Shown: piece after piece, positions 37,037-46,984 of the stretch
How the letters are laid out: each line of letters opens with the position of its first letter
Numbering within the stretch: position 1 is the first letter of the stretch
DNA from: a virus
Reading direction: 5' to 3' (one strand)
DNA length: 64,000 nucleotides
IMG/VR virus record: IMGVR_UViG_3300005758_000578
Location: 1 to 64,000 of that record
Program-made: the position numbers and the translations under genes
Notes under the pieces: model-generated
What the model was told of the DNA's origin: nothing
The model's database searches: none
Seen by the model: only the letters and a program-made list of their open reading frames with translations

Positions 37037-37345
37037 TTAATCTTTTTTATTAGTGTTGCGGGGTTTGTATTTCCGCTTTTTCTTTGGTTTTGCAACAGGT
37101 TTTTCTTCTTCTGCAGTCTCTTCAGAATTAGAGATTGCTTCTTTCATAACCTTTTCTGCAGCTTCTACTGTAGAATTTACAGCAGATTTAACAGCAGATT
37201 GAATAGAAGATTGAAGACCAGCTTTGATCTTCTGCTGCATTTCTTCAACTGCAGCATTTTCTTTCTTTTCAAGACGTGCTGCAAGGATAATGAGGATGAT
37301 TAAGATAAGACCTAATCCAATTCCAAACATAATTTGTAGAGTCAT
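37037..37345 (-). CDS. Single-TM protein with basic tail
   Basis: N-terminal TM; KPKKKRKYKPR. Confidence 0.65.
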   Translation of the reverse strand: MTLQIMFGIGLGLILIILIILAARLEKKENAAVEEMQQKIKAGLQSSIQSAVKSAVNSTVEAAEKVMKEAISNSEETAEEEKPVAKPKKKRKYKPRNTNKKD

Positions 37346-37354
37346 AATTGTATA

Positions 37355-37789
37355 TTATTTATACAAATATAATCTAAAATACTCAAAATCAAGATCTCCG
37401 CCTTCTTTCTGATATTTTAAGAATGCCTCATATACAGGACCCATAAACTTTGCTTCTGGTTCTTCTGTAACTACAGTAGTTGTATCTAAACCAGCACTAA
37501 TCATTTTAATAGCATACATCTCATTAACCTGAGCCATCACTTCTACTTTCTTTTCTGCTACTACAACTGCTTCTTTTAACTCTGCTTTTTCCTCTACTTT
37601 AGTCTCTACAAGTTTTTCACTAGTCTTCTGAGCAACCTGGGTTACTTGTGAAGCTACTTGTAAATTCTTTTCAATCTTCTTAAGCATCATATCAATATCA
37701 TCTACAGGAGGTGTTGGAACAGCGCTAACTGGAAATGATATTTTAACAGCAATAACAAATACAATACAAAAGGTAATTAAAATTCTCAT
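37355..37789 (-). CDS. Signal-peptide coiled-coil protein (lysis-cassette accessory?)
   Basis: Hydrophobic N-terminus and coiled coil; ATGA-coupled to the upstream gene. Confidence 0.6.
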   Translation of the reverse strand: MRILITFCIVFVIAVKISFPVSAVPTPPVDDIDMMLKKIEKNLQVASQVTQVAQKTSEKLVETKVEEKAELKEAVVVAEKKVEVMAQVNEMYAIKMISAGLDTTTVVTEEPEAKFMGPVYEAFLKYQKEGGDLDFEYFRLYLYK

Positions 37790-38064
37790 AGCTTTTTAAC
37801 AGTGTTAATGATACGTAATTCTGTAATAGCAGCAGCAAGTGCACTATCAGATTTTTTAAGAGCTGAATTCATTCTGTCAATCTTTAACTCAAGATTATTC
37901 ATCTTTTCATTAGAGATTTTAATCTGGTCCGCATAGCCTGTCTTAACGTCATAATACAGATAGCTAACAGCCACCAGCATACAAAAAGCAACGGCAGCAA
38001 CTGGGTTCTTTTTAAATTGTTCAAACGTGACAGGAAACGCATTAGGTGTTTTTTTAGTACTCAT
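37786..38064 (-). CDS. Single-TM coiled-coil protein (holin- or i-spanin-like)
   Basis: TM PVAAVAFCMLVAVSYLYY plus coiled coil; downstream of the endolysin. Confidence 0.6.
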   Translation of the reverse strand: MSTKKTPNAFPVTFEQFKKNPVAAVAFCMLVAVSYLYYDVKTGYADQIKISNEKMNNLELKIDRMNSALKKSDSALAAAITELRIINTVKKL

Positions 38065-38110
38065 AGTGTCTTCTAATTTTTATAGTAAGCTTATTTAATA
38101 TGTATTTAAT

Positions 38111-38788
38111 TTAAATGCAATAGTCTTCAACTAAGTATATTCTTTTTGCTTTATGTTTTAGTTTTTTACATTCTCTTATTGTAGATGATCCTACTCCTAC
38201 AAATTTTGCAGCATCTTTAGAGTTTAAAAATAAATGAGTCTCTCCAGTAATAGTGTTTGTTAACTTGAGATGTTTTTTACTGTTTGAGACTTTTTGTTTT
38301 AATAGATACTCTGCTGTATGAAGTTTGCCTTGATAATTAGGATTACTAGACCCAGAAGATGCCTTAGATATTTTGCTTAAAGATTCTTGAGAATGTGTTT
38401 TCCCATAAAAAGAATTATTAGATCCGGTAGCTTTTTTGGACATTAGCTCTTTAGTTTCTAAAGAAAATACTTTCTTTTTATACTCTGTAGGTGTTAAGTA
38501 GCAATTTAATCCACTATTTACACTACAAAATAACTCCTGGTAGTATCTTTCTCTTTCTAATAACTTTTCAATACTACAAAGTTCTAGTATTTCTATTTTA
38601 TGAGACTCTGTACCGTATTTAACTAAAGAATTATAAATAGCTCTTTGTTTTTTGACTCTATTTGGAGTTAAGTAGTAACTACAACGTATACGTAAATTGC
38701 TAGCTTCTCCTACATAAATTTTACCTGTAGGAGAAGTTATTTTGTATATACCTGAAGTACTAGGGAATTCCAAAATAGAATTTTGCAT
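38111..38788 (-). CDS. Free-standing GIY-YIG homing endonuclease with NUMOD3 motifs
   Basis: SGIYKITSPTGKIYVGE, ERERYYQ and FYGKTHSQES. Confidence 0.88.
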   Translation of the reverse strand: MQNSILEFPSTSGIYKITSPTGKIYVGEASNLRIRCSYYLTPNRVKKQRAIYNSLVKYGTESHKIEILELCSIEKLLERERYYQELFCSVNSGLNCYLTPTEYKKKVFSLETKELMSKKATGSNNSFYGKTHSQESLSKISKASSGSSNPNYQGKLHTAEYLLKQKVSNSKKHLKLTNTITGETHLFLNSKDAAKFVGVGSSTIRECKKLKHKAKRIYLVEDYCI

Positions 38789-38789
38789 A

Positions 38790-39347
38790 TTATTTTATAT
38801 CTTCTGATTTAATTAAAGTGTAGGTAAAAGAATCTCCTTGTAATTTAGCACCTTTTTCACAGATAGCAAGGAACTTGTCAAAATCCGCAGATTTTTTAAA
38901 TACTTGACAACCATGACTCCAATCGTTTACTTGAGAAGAGTCTAAACCAGCTTTGTGGATATTAATACCAAATACACCGGTTTCGGTCTTATCTTCTTGG
39001 TAGACTCCGTCTTTAGTGTAGTCACGGAATACAGTCAGAGGTGCTTTTTGTTTTAAACACTTATACTTTCCCTGGTGAAGTCCAATTCCGTGAGACCCTG
39101 GATATTGTCCTGGTTTAACACGAGCAGTTCCTCCACCATTATCGGTAGTACAAGGCCAGATATGAAACTTCCACTCTCCTCCTTCTTTGTAACTTAAAGT
39201 CATCCAATCATCAAATGCATTGGTAACTTTTTGTCCTGTAGCACTGTTACGAATACCAATCACATTGATATTAAAGTCTCCATTCTCAAAGTACTTATAA
39301 CCTTTTGCTTTTACAGCAGCTTCAATTTGTTCTCTAGTATAGCTCAT
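38790..39347 (-). CDS. Endolysin (L,D-transpeptidase/YkuD-like catalytic motif)
   Basis: NVIGIRN..FDD and GINIHKAG..WSHGCQV; adjacent to the holin. Confidence 0.75.
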   Translation of the reverse strand: MSYTREQIEAAVKAKGYKYFENGDFNINVIGIRNSATGQKVTNAFDDWMTLSYKEGGEWKFHIWPCTTDNGGGTARVKPGQYPGSHGIGLHQGKYKCLKQKAPLTVFRDYTKDGVYQEDKTETGVFGINIHKAGLDSSQVNDWSHGCQVFKKSADFDKFLAICEKGAKLQGDSFTYTLIKSEDIK

Positions 39348-39349
39348 AA

Positions 39350-39601
39350 TTATGCCTCAGCAGAGTCTCCTTCTTTTTTCTTCATGATCTTCTCTACAGA
39401 AGTCAAACCTAAACAACCAAAAGCAAGTAATGCAACAGCATCTACCAAAGGAGTAGAGGGAGCATAATGTGCTTCAGTAAAAGAGTTAGCGTACAGTGTA
39501 GCGCACAAAGTAATAGTGCAGAGTAATCCACACAAACGTTTCATAGAAACGGAGCCTTTTTCATCTTTAAAAAGACCTCCAATAAAGTTTAAAAATTTCA
39601 T
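39350..39601 (-). CDS. Holin (two TM)
   Basis: G.VSMKR, two TM helices and a charged C-terminus; upstream of the endolysin. Confidence 0.7.
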   Translation of the reverse strand: MKFLNFIGGLFKDEKGSVSMKRLCGLLCTITLCATLYANSFTEAHYAPSTPLVDAVALLAFGCLGLTSVEKIMKKKEGDSAEA

Positions 39602-39677
39602 ACGGTATAATTTTTACCGCAGTTGATTCGGGATGCAGCCCTAGAAGGTTTTTAGGGTACATATATAATATACGAAA

Positions 39678-42600
39678 TTATCTTCTAATTTGGTATTCTA
39701 CTCCTTTCAAAGCTTTAACTGGATCAATCTGACTACCAGTAAATCCAAATAAATATCCAAAGTCATTAAACACTTTAGGAGCACCTTCTTTTTGCCATGA
39801 GTAAGGTCCTACATCTCGTGTATAATAAGCACGGTTATCATTAGATAAAAGGTGAACTAAGTTTGTACCAAAGTCTTTGTACTTATCTACAACAGGTCCT
39901 AACGTTGGAGCACCACCATTATATACTAATCCTACATATTCTTTAGGATTCAAGAATGTAATAGTTTCTTGTCTTGTACCTAATGCTACAACAAGACCAT
40001 GATTAACTAACCAACCTCCAGCATTAAAATCATCAGATAATAAATCACCACTTCTTTGGCGCATTTTTTCAAATCTATCTTCATCATCTGGATCATACCC
40101 AAACAAGTAACCAATGATTAATGCAAGCATTGTAAGACTAATACCCTCTGTTAAAACTTTTTTAGCAGCATATGCCTCGTCATCAGTTAAATACATATTA
40201 CCGGATGAAGCTCTAGATACAAAAGACTTTAACAATTTTGCAAATGCTCTGTAATATCCTTCAGACATATCACCAGTTCTCATATTATATCTTAAAGGAC
40301 TAAATCTATTTACAAACATTCTTGTAAAGAACCTTCTTAATCCTGAGAACATTCTCCATACAGCATACTTATCAAGCATTACCTTATCCATCATTGAATA
40401 AGCACCTTGTAAGTCATTACTTTTTTCCTGTATAGTATTACGCATTGCTTTAAACTCAGCACCACCCGGAGCATAAGTTTCATCAATACCTGGTTTTAAT
40501 TTAATTACTCCAGTACCATCTTTCTCCCACGCATCTAAATAAGATATCATGTTTGTCTTACCATTAATAGTCTGCGGTACTTTTTTATATATCATTATAC
40601 CGGCAAACAAAGAAAGTGTACCTTCATTTTCTAACCACTTTCTTGGAGAAGTATAGATACCATGAGATATACCTTTACCCGCACCAAACATTAAACTATC
40701 TGCTAAGTCTGTACCAAAAGATCTTCCAAACTCAGAACCAAAACGTTCTTGGAATCTTCCTTTAATAGGATCAAAAATCTCAACTAATTGATAATCAATG
40801 CTTTTCTCACCTGGGTTATAGATATTAGCAGAGATATCTGTCATTATCTTTAAAGCTCTTGATTGTCCTTGTATGTAAGAACGTTTATTAAGATACTTAC
40901 CACCACCTGATTCAATAATCATTTGTGTAACAGCACCACCAAAGTTTTTAACTGCAGATGGTAAAACGTTAAATGCAAACATTCCAAATGAAGATTGTGA
41001 TTGTAAAATATCTACGGCTTTACTTAATGAAGTGGGTTCAGATAACCAACCTGCTTTAGTTTGTCCCTTAAACTCTCTTTCAATAAGAGTGTTGATTGCT
41101 TCAGCTCTTACATTCTTACCTTTCTTTGCAATAAAAGATTTAACATTATTAGTAACCCAGTTATAACCGTTTACTTTAGAGGTATCTTTAATAGCATTTT
41201 CAGAGTTATTTACAACTTTCTGTAACGCTTGAGCAATAGGATTTAATTCAATAAGTTTTTTCTGGTGCTCTAGTGAGAACATGTATTGCATTAAAGAGTA
41301 TGGTACATTTAATGATACCTGATCTACATCTAGTTTATATAATCCTTTTACAGGAATAGATGAGATCTCTTCATCAAACATGTCAGCTCTAACTAAGTTA
41401 AATGCATCATCATAGTTAAATCCTTGATCAAAATCATCTTGAGATTTACTTACAGCATCTTTAACTTGTTTAACAAAAGTCTTTACTTTCTCAGCACCTC
41501 TGTTTAAACTACCACCTACTAATTCACTTTTAAGCTTTCTAAATCTTGGTACATCTAGATACAATCTACTGTACTTAGTTTTATCTTCCTGGAAAAGAAG
41601 AGTGTACTTAGTAATAACATCAAGAACTTTTGCTTTATCAGGAGAATTCTTTTGTAGATCGTAATAAGCTTTGTTGATATAAGAATCATCCTTTGCTCCT
41701 TCAGCTACTGTTCTTGGTAACCAGTTACCGCGGTTATCAATGTGCACTCCTACTTTACGTTCTACTTTACCGGTAGTTTTATTATATCCAGTTCTGTATT
41801 CTTTCTTAACTACTCTTCTATAGAAATCCATAGTAGGTACTCTATTTACAGTGACCTCAGTAGTCTCACCTGTAGATGGATTTACATCATTATACGTATA
41901 AGTATTATAGTATTCTTCATCTGAAGGAATTGTTACATTCCAAACATACAATCTTTCATATACCCGCTCATCTTTTTTAGTCTTGCTGTTATACTTTTCT
42001 GTTTCAATGTGATTAGCAAGAAACCATTCTTTAAATTCAGGACTTGCTTTAAAGTATTTAGATAAGAATGCAGGTCTTAAGAAATTATCAGCATTGTCAA
42101 CATTAATCTCACTAACAGAGAAGTTAGCAAGTTTTGCTGGATCAATTGCTTCTAATACACTATTAAATGCAGATAAGTAATCATCAGTTGGTTCTTTAGA
42201 TTGCATATCAGCTAACTGACTGTATAGATTTAACAATGTCTTTTTAGTTAATCTATCTACAGCGCTTTCTCCTTTTAACTTATCTAATTCTTTAAACTCT
42301 TCTTTATCATTAATGGATGCTCTTCTGCTTTTAATTAACTTAGCTAACTCTATATATCTTTCAAATTGTAGTTTGCTTAAACCACTAAAGCCGGCCATGT
42401 TATCTTTAATCTGAAGAAGTTCTTTTTGTATTTCTTTTACTCTCTTAACTCTTTCTTCAGACATCTCTGATGCTACAATCTGACCATCAGCATTTCTAAA
42501 TCCAACTGAGATATCTATAAGTTCTTCCCAAAGTTTATCCTGTTGTAATTTTTTACTTACATCTTTTGGTAGTTTATCTACCAGAGCTTTGATCTTATCA

Positions 42601-45236
42601 AGAATTTGCATCTTGTCTTCATAGAACTTTTCATTAATAGAAGTTCTAGTATTAGACTTAACCCAGTCATCAACGTTATCTTTAAACTCTTGAGAATCAG
42701 ATAGCAATCCCTGGTCTAAAAGATCTTGCTTAAATTGATTTAATTTAAACTCAAATAATCCAGTGATCTCTTTACTTTCATAGAACTTACGGGACTCTTC
42801 TCTGTACTGTTTTTCTATCTTAGCCATCTCTAACTCATCACCTGTTTTAAGTTTACCACTCTCATCACGCAATGATGCTAATTGACTATACTTCTTCCAT
42901 AAGATTTTCTTTTCTTCAAAAGCCTCATCTTCTGTAAGATCCTCAAATACCCTTTGATCTATATCAGCAATATCAGCTAAGATATCTTGCTTTCTTTGAT
43001 ATATAATAGAACCTAAATCAGAGTCATAAATTTTCTCCTTAGCATAAAACTCTGGTATAAACTCATCATGCATATAATCACGAGAGAACTGTCTGTACTG
43101 TTTATTAAGAAGTCTTGCTTTCTCTAAGTCTCCAACTCTTTTAGCATCTTCTATATCAAACTGAAACTGACTTGTTACCTTTTCAAATGCTTTAAAAGGA
43201 TTAAGTAATACTAGCTTAGTAATAGTACTAGCATTACCATTCTCATCACGTACAATTACTTCCTGCTCAGTAACTAATTCTTTCATTAGTTCTGTGATAT
43301 TTTTATCAGAGTAACCGGCTTGTTTTAATGCTGGTAATAACTCCTGCAAGAAATCATCTTTATTCTTTTTAGCTTTTAATTCTACATCAGTGTAGGCATT
43401 ATCTAAGAATACTGAGAAACTAGCAATAATAGGATCTGGTGAACTTGCAAATGCTTCTACATAAGCAGATAATGCATTAACATCACCACGCATACCTGAC
43501 AAGTAATCATCAACTGTAGCACGGTTTAGTTTTAATCTCTCCCATTCTTGCTCTATCTCTTTTATTTGTTTTGCAGAAGCATTTTTAGATTTTAACGTAT
43601 TAAGTTTATTGGTAAAGTATGTATCTACATTTTTAGCCAAAGGCTCTATTTGTTCTGTTAATACACCACCAACACCTTTTTTATAAATCTCATTAATAAG
43701 TCTATCAGCTTGCTCTGCTTTCTTAGCCATCTTAGCAAATAAAGCAAACAAAGAACTATCTGTACGTAATCCAGAATCTGTTAAACCATTAATAGTTTCT
43801 TGAATAAATTTATTCCAGTTACGTAATAAAATATCATAATAGAATGTTTGATTAATAACCTCTTTAGTATCACCAAGAGATTTCATCTCAGCTAATTTAT
43901 CTACTATTCTATCTAGTAATACATCTGTTTGTAAAGAACTTCTTACAATTGCTTTAACCTGTTTCTCTCTTTTATCAACCTCATCCCTAAACTTCTTAAC
44001 TTTATCATCTACTGTAGTTGTTTCAGCAACACGTAAATTGTCTACAATATCTTTAAGAATAGATCTACCAGATTCTGTAGTAATAGTATTTACAAAATCA
44101 GAGTAGTTTTGGTTTGTTCTAATTCTATTTAACTGTGATCTAGAGTTAGAGAAAAATCTATTAACAACTTGGATAAGCGCATCTGTATTTACTTTATTCA
44201 GATCATTATATAAAGTCTCATTACTTCTAGCATATGATACTAAATCATCAGGTGTTATGATCTCAGTTGTAAGAATAAAGTTCTCACCCACTAACATATC
44301 AGCTAACTGATTAAGTGTGGTATCTACAGATAACTTCTCAATCTTTACTCCTTTACCAAATACTTTTCTGATTAATTGTTTTATAGCAAATAATAGATTA
44401 GAGATAAAAGAATTAAATCCAGGAGTAGAAGATATTTTATTAGCTTTTTGTACAGCTGCTTGTTCTAAGGCTCTTACAAATACTTCTTGAGCAAAGTTAG
44501 GATTAGTAATATCGTACTCAGGATACAGTTCTGTTACAGTATTTACAATTGCAGCACCCTCTGGTGTACTAATAATCTGATTGTATAGATTATTAAACAA
44601 ATCATAGTTACTTAAATATAAACTTCTAACTATAGGATGTGCATATTCATGCAATACATGATTTAGTTTAAAACCATTTTCAATAAAGTATACAGTGTCT
44701 TGATGATAGAACGCAGGTTCACCATTCCAGGGAGCAGTTGTATCTTTTGTAATCTCTGCAGCTTGCTCAGCAGAAATCATTTTATAATTAATACCTGTCT
44801 GAGATGCTAAGTTATTAGCAAACTTAGTTGCTATCTCTTGAGCTTTTACATTCTCTTGTAACTGTACAGATGGAAACAGACTATTTAAAAAGTCTTCATC
44901 AGCAACTCTATAGTAGTCAGGTGTTTCTTCAGTAATGTTATTTTTTCTTTTATACTCTTCCCAATAGTGATCAACAACATAACTAGGTGGATTAACAAAT
45001 ACTCTAGCTGTACCATCCCAGGTAATAAAATCAGCCATATTAGTTCTCCAATACTCATTTAATCCTAATACGGCTTTTGCAATAGATGCTGCGCCAGCTT
45101 TTGTGTTACCAGCTGCATTTACATAAAATGTAGTTAAACTATCTGTTGGAGATAAGAACTGTCCAACCTCTTTAGCTAAAGCTTTTTTGTACGTCTTTAG
45201 TACATCATTTTGTATATCTAATCTACACTTACTCAT
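39678..45236 (-). CDS. Giant virion cargo/ejection protein with a zincin-like HExxH
   Basis: ~1852 aa; VLHEYAHP..E; hydrophobic C-terminal segment; ATGA-coupled start MSKCR. Confidence 0.8.
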   Translation of the reverse strand: MSKCRLDIQNDVLKTYKKALAKEVGQFLSPTDSLTTFYVNAAGNTKAGAASIAKAVLGLNEYWRTNMADFITWDGTARVFVNPPSYVVDHYWEEYKRKNNITEETPDYYRVADEDFLNSLFPSVQLQENVKAQEIATKFANNLASQTGINYKMISAEQAAEITKDTTAPWNGEPAFYHQDTVYFIENGFKLNHVLHEYAHPIVRSLYLSNYDLFNNLYNQIISTPEGAAIVNTVTELYPEYDITNPNFAQEVFVRALEQAAVQKANKISSTPGFNSFISNLLFAIKQLIRKVFGKGVKIEKLSVDTTLNQLADMLVGENFILTTEIITPDDLVSYARSNETLYNDLNKVNTDALIQVVNRFFSNSRSQLNRIRTNQNYSDFVNTITTESGRSILKDIVDNLRVAETTTVDDKVKKFRDEVDKREKQVKAIVRSSLQTDVLLDRIVDKLAEMKSLGDTKEVINQTFYYDILLRNWNKFIQETINGLTDSGLRTDSSLFALFAKMAKKAEQADRLINEIYKKGVGGVLTEQIEPLAKNVDTYFTNKLNTLKSKNASAKQIKEIEQEWERLKLNRATVDDYLSGMRGDVNALSAYVEAFASSPDPIIASFSVFLDNAYTDVELKAKKNKDDFLQELLPALKQAGYSDKNITELMKELVTEQEVIVRDENGNASTITKLVLLNPFKAFEKVTSQFQFDIEDAKRVGDLEKARLLNKQYRQFSRDYMHDEFIPEFYAKEKIYDSDLGSIIYQRKQDILADIADIDQRVFEDLTEDEAFEEKKILWKKYSQLASLRDESGKLKTGDELEMAKIEKQYREESRKFYESKEITGLFEFKLNQFKQDLLDQGLLSDSQEFKDNVDDWVKSNTRTSINEKFYEDKMQILDKIKALVDKLPKDVSKKLQQDKLWEELIDISVGFRNADGQIVASEMSEERVKRVKEIQKELLQIKDNMAGFSGLSKLQFERYIELAKLIKSRRASINDKEEFKELDKLKGESAVDRLTKKTLLNLYSQLADMQSKEPTDDYLSAFNSVLEAIDPAKLANFSVSEINVDNADNFLRPAFLSKYFKASPEFKEWFLANHIETEKYNSKTKKDERVYERLYVWNVTIPSDEEYYNTYTYNDVNPSTGETTEVTVNRVPTMDFYRRVVKKEYRTGYNKTTGKVERKVGVHIDNRGNWLPRTVAEGAKDDSYINKAYYDLQKNSPDKAKVLDVITKYTLLFQEDKTKYSRLYLDVPRFRKLKSELVGGSLNRGAEKVKTFVKQVKDAVSKSQDDFDQGFNYDDAFNLVRADMFDEEISSIPVKGLYKLDVDQVSLNVPYSLMQYMFSLEHQKKLIELNPIAQALQKVVNNSENAIKDTSKVNGYNWVTNNVKSFIAKKGKNVRAEAINTLIEREFKGQTKAGWLSEPTSLSKAVDILQSQSSFGMFAFNVLPSAVKNFGGAVTQMIIESGGGKYLNKRSYIQGQSRALKIMTDISANIYNPGEKSIDYQLVEIFDPIKGRFQERFGSEFGRSFGTDLADSLMFGAGKGISHGIYTSPRKWLENEGTLSLFAGIMIYKKVPQTINGKTNMISYLDAWEKDGTGVIKLKPGIDETYAPGGAEFKAMRNTIQEKSNDLQGAYSMMDKVMLDKYAVWRMFSGLRRFFTRMFVNRFSPLRYNMRTGDMSEGYYRAFAKLLKSFVSRASSGNMYLTDDEAYAAKKVLTEGISLTMLALIIGYLFGYDPDDEDRFEKMRQRSGDLLSDDFNAGGWLVNHGLVVALGTRQETITFLNPKEYVGLVYNGGAPTLGPVVDKYKDFGTNLVHLLSNDNRAYYTRDVGPYSWQKEGAPKVFNDFGYLFGFTGSQIDPVKALKGVEYQIRR

Positions 45237-46984
45237 AATTTGCAACTGTTGTATGTTTCATCTTGAACTTCAGGATATCCTATTGGGGCATATGTATTAA
45301 CGGGCTCTGCATTAGCATCTATATTAAAACTAGTATTACCATCTGCAAAAGAAAAATATCTATATCCTGCATTTGTAAATTTAAATGCATTATTAATAAA
45401 AGGATCATAGTAAATTAAATCTACTATATCTTTTGATCTACCCATTTTAATTTTAGCTTCAAAGATTTGTTTCCAGTCTTTAAAGTAGTTATCAAATATT
45501 TCAGGATAGTTACCTTCTGCAGTACGCACAAAGAAATCAAAAGTATAAGCTACTATATTACCTTTATCATCATACTGTTTATTACCAGCATCATCTAATA
45601 TCGGTATAATTCCTTGCACTGTTACTGTCTCCTGATTAGCTTTATGATCTTTACCAATAAATGCATTAGTCATTTCAAAGGTCGGATATTTTTCAGTAAA
45701 TGCTTTATACCAATTTTGTTGCTCAATAAACTCTTTTACCTTACTGGTAAACTCATTCTGATCTTTAATATAAATACCTTTATGATGTAGCCAACCATAA
45801 AACTCATCATAGTTCTCTTCTTTCTGAACAGTACCTAATTCTATAACGCCATCAATATCATGGATATCTTCATCTATAACTCTATAGACAGTACCATAAT
45901 ATCTTAATACCATAGAACCACTTAATTTATAACCCATGTTTGGATTATTAAGCATAAAATCTATAATTGATTTAGCTACAGGATCTTTAGATAAAGTCTG
46001 ATTATACTTTTTTAACTCTAATTGTTTAAATCCTAATTGACTATTTTTATCAGGAACTAATAAAGAATCACCAACTCTTTCTACACCACGGGTAAAAATA
46101 TTATAATTACCCTTATAAATATCATCTACTAAATCTAGTAATCTATCCTCTAAATCTTGCTGATTAAGTTTATCAAACTTATTTCTAAATAAAGACAAAA
46201 AGAAATCATGGATTTTATACCATAACTTTTTTAGAGCACTAGATTGTTTATCATATGGATTATACTTAAAACCTCGTTTTTCAAAGTATGCTTTATCTAC
46301 ATCACCATTACCTCTTTCACTTCTAACAAATGTAGTTAAATCTCTTCCATAAAAATCTGTAAGACCTTCAGCAATAAAATCTATAATTACTTGTTTATGT
46401 GCAGTAAAATTAAAATTGCTATCTGCATACATATCAACAAGATACGGGGGTAGATCACTATCTTTATCTAAATTATCTTTAGTAAAGATATCTTCTATCT
46501 CAGTAGTATCTTCTAGTTTTAATCTATATGATCTATATAGATCTTTATACTTAGACCAGCTTTTAATATTAAACCAAAGATTATTATAGAGCTCGCTTTT
46601 TTTACCTAAGAAACTAAGCATAATATTAGCTACTTGTTTAGGTACAATTTCTTCAGCACCATCTCTAATAGCTAGATACTTTTGTAATAAATCAAAACCC
46701 GCTAAAGGATTACCTGGAACATTATTTAATAATGCTTCTGCAACATTACCACCTTCAACTTTAATATTTAGTGCTCTTACAAAATCTAATAATATTTTAT
46801 TAGTTCCTGCAGATAACTTAGGATTAAGAGGAATAGAGTTATTTTTTCTATTTACAATATTCTTATATACAGTAGCTGGAGGATTACCCTCAAACTTATC
46901 CCAAAGATAAGTAGCCATCTTTGTACCTTGGAATGCTTCTAACCTTTGAAAGTCAGGATCTGATTTTATAGGACAGGTTGCCAT
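45233..46984 (-). CDS. Virion cargo protein with a Pol-beta-superfamily nucleotidyltransferase domain
   Basis: LSGSMVL..HDIDG, a third Asp in FDFF, and K..GRSKD..D; start MATCP overlaps the upstream stop. Confidence 0.7.
   Translation of the reverse strand: MATCPIKSDPDFQRLEAFQGTKMATYLWDKFEGNPPATVYKNIVNRKNNSIPLNPKLSAGTNKILLDFVRALNIKVEGGNVAEALLNNVPGNPLAGFDLLQKYLAIRDGAEEIVPKQVANIMLSFLGKKSELYNNLWFNIKSWSKYKDLYRSYRLKLEDTTEIEDIFTKDNLDKDSDLPPYLVDMYADSNFNFTAHKQVIIDFIAEGLTDFYGRDLTTFVRSERGNGDVDKAYFEKRGFKYNPYDKQSSALKKLWYKIHDFFLSLFRNKFDKLNQQDLEDRLLDLVDDIYKGNYNIFTRGVERVGDSLLVPDKNSQLGFKQLELKKYNQTLSKDPVAKSIIDFMLNNPNMGYKLSGSMVLRYYGTVYRVIDEDIHDIDGVIELGTVQKEENYDEFYGWLHHKGIYIKDQNEFTSKVKEFIEQQNWYKAFTEKYPTFEMTNAFIGKDHKANQETVTVQGIIPILDDAGNKQYDDKGNIVAYTFDFFVRTAEGNYPEIFDNYFKDWKQIFEAKIKMGRSKDIVDLIYYDPFINNAFKFTNAGYRYFSFADGNTSFNIDANAEPVNTYAPIGYPEVQDETYNSCKL

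Noticed and set aside
38065-38790. Group I intron around the GIY-YIG gene in the lysis cassette
   Set aside because: No P/Q/R/S elements and the flanking genes are intact, so it is free-standing.
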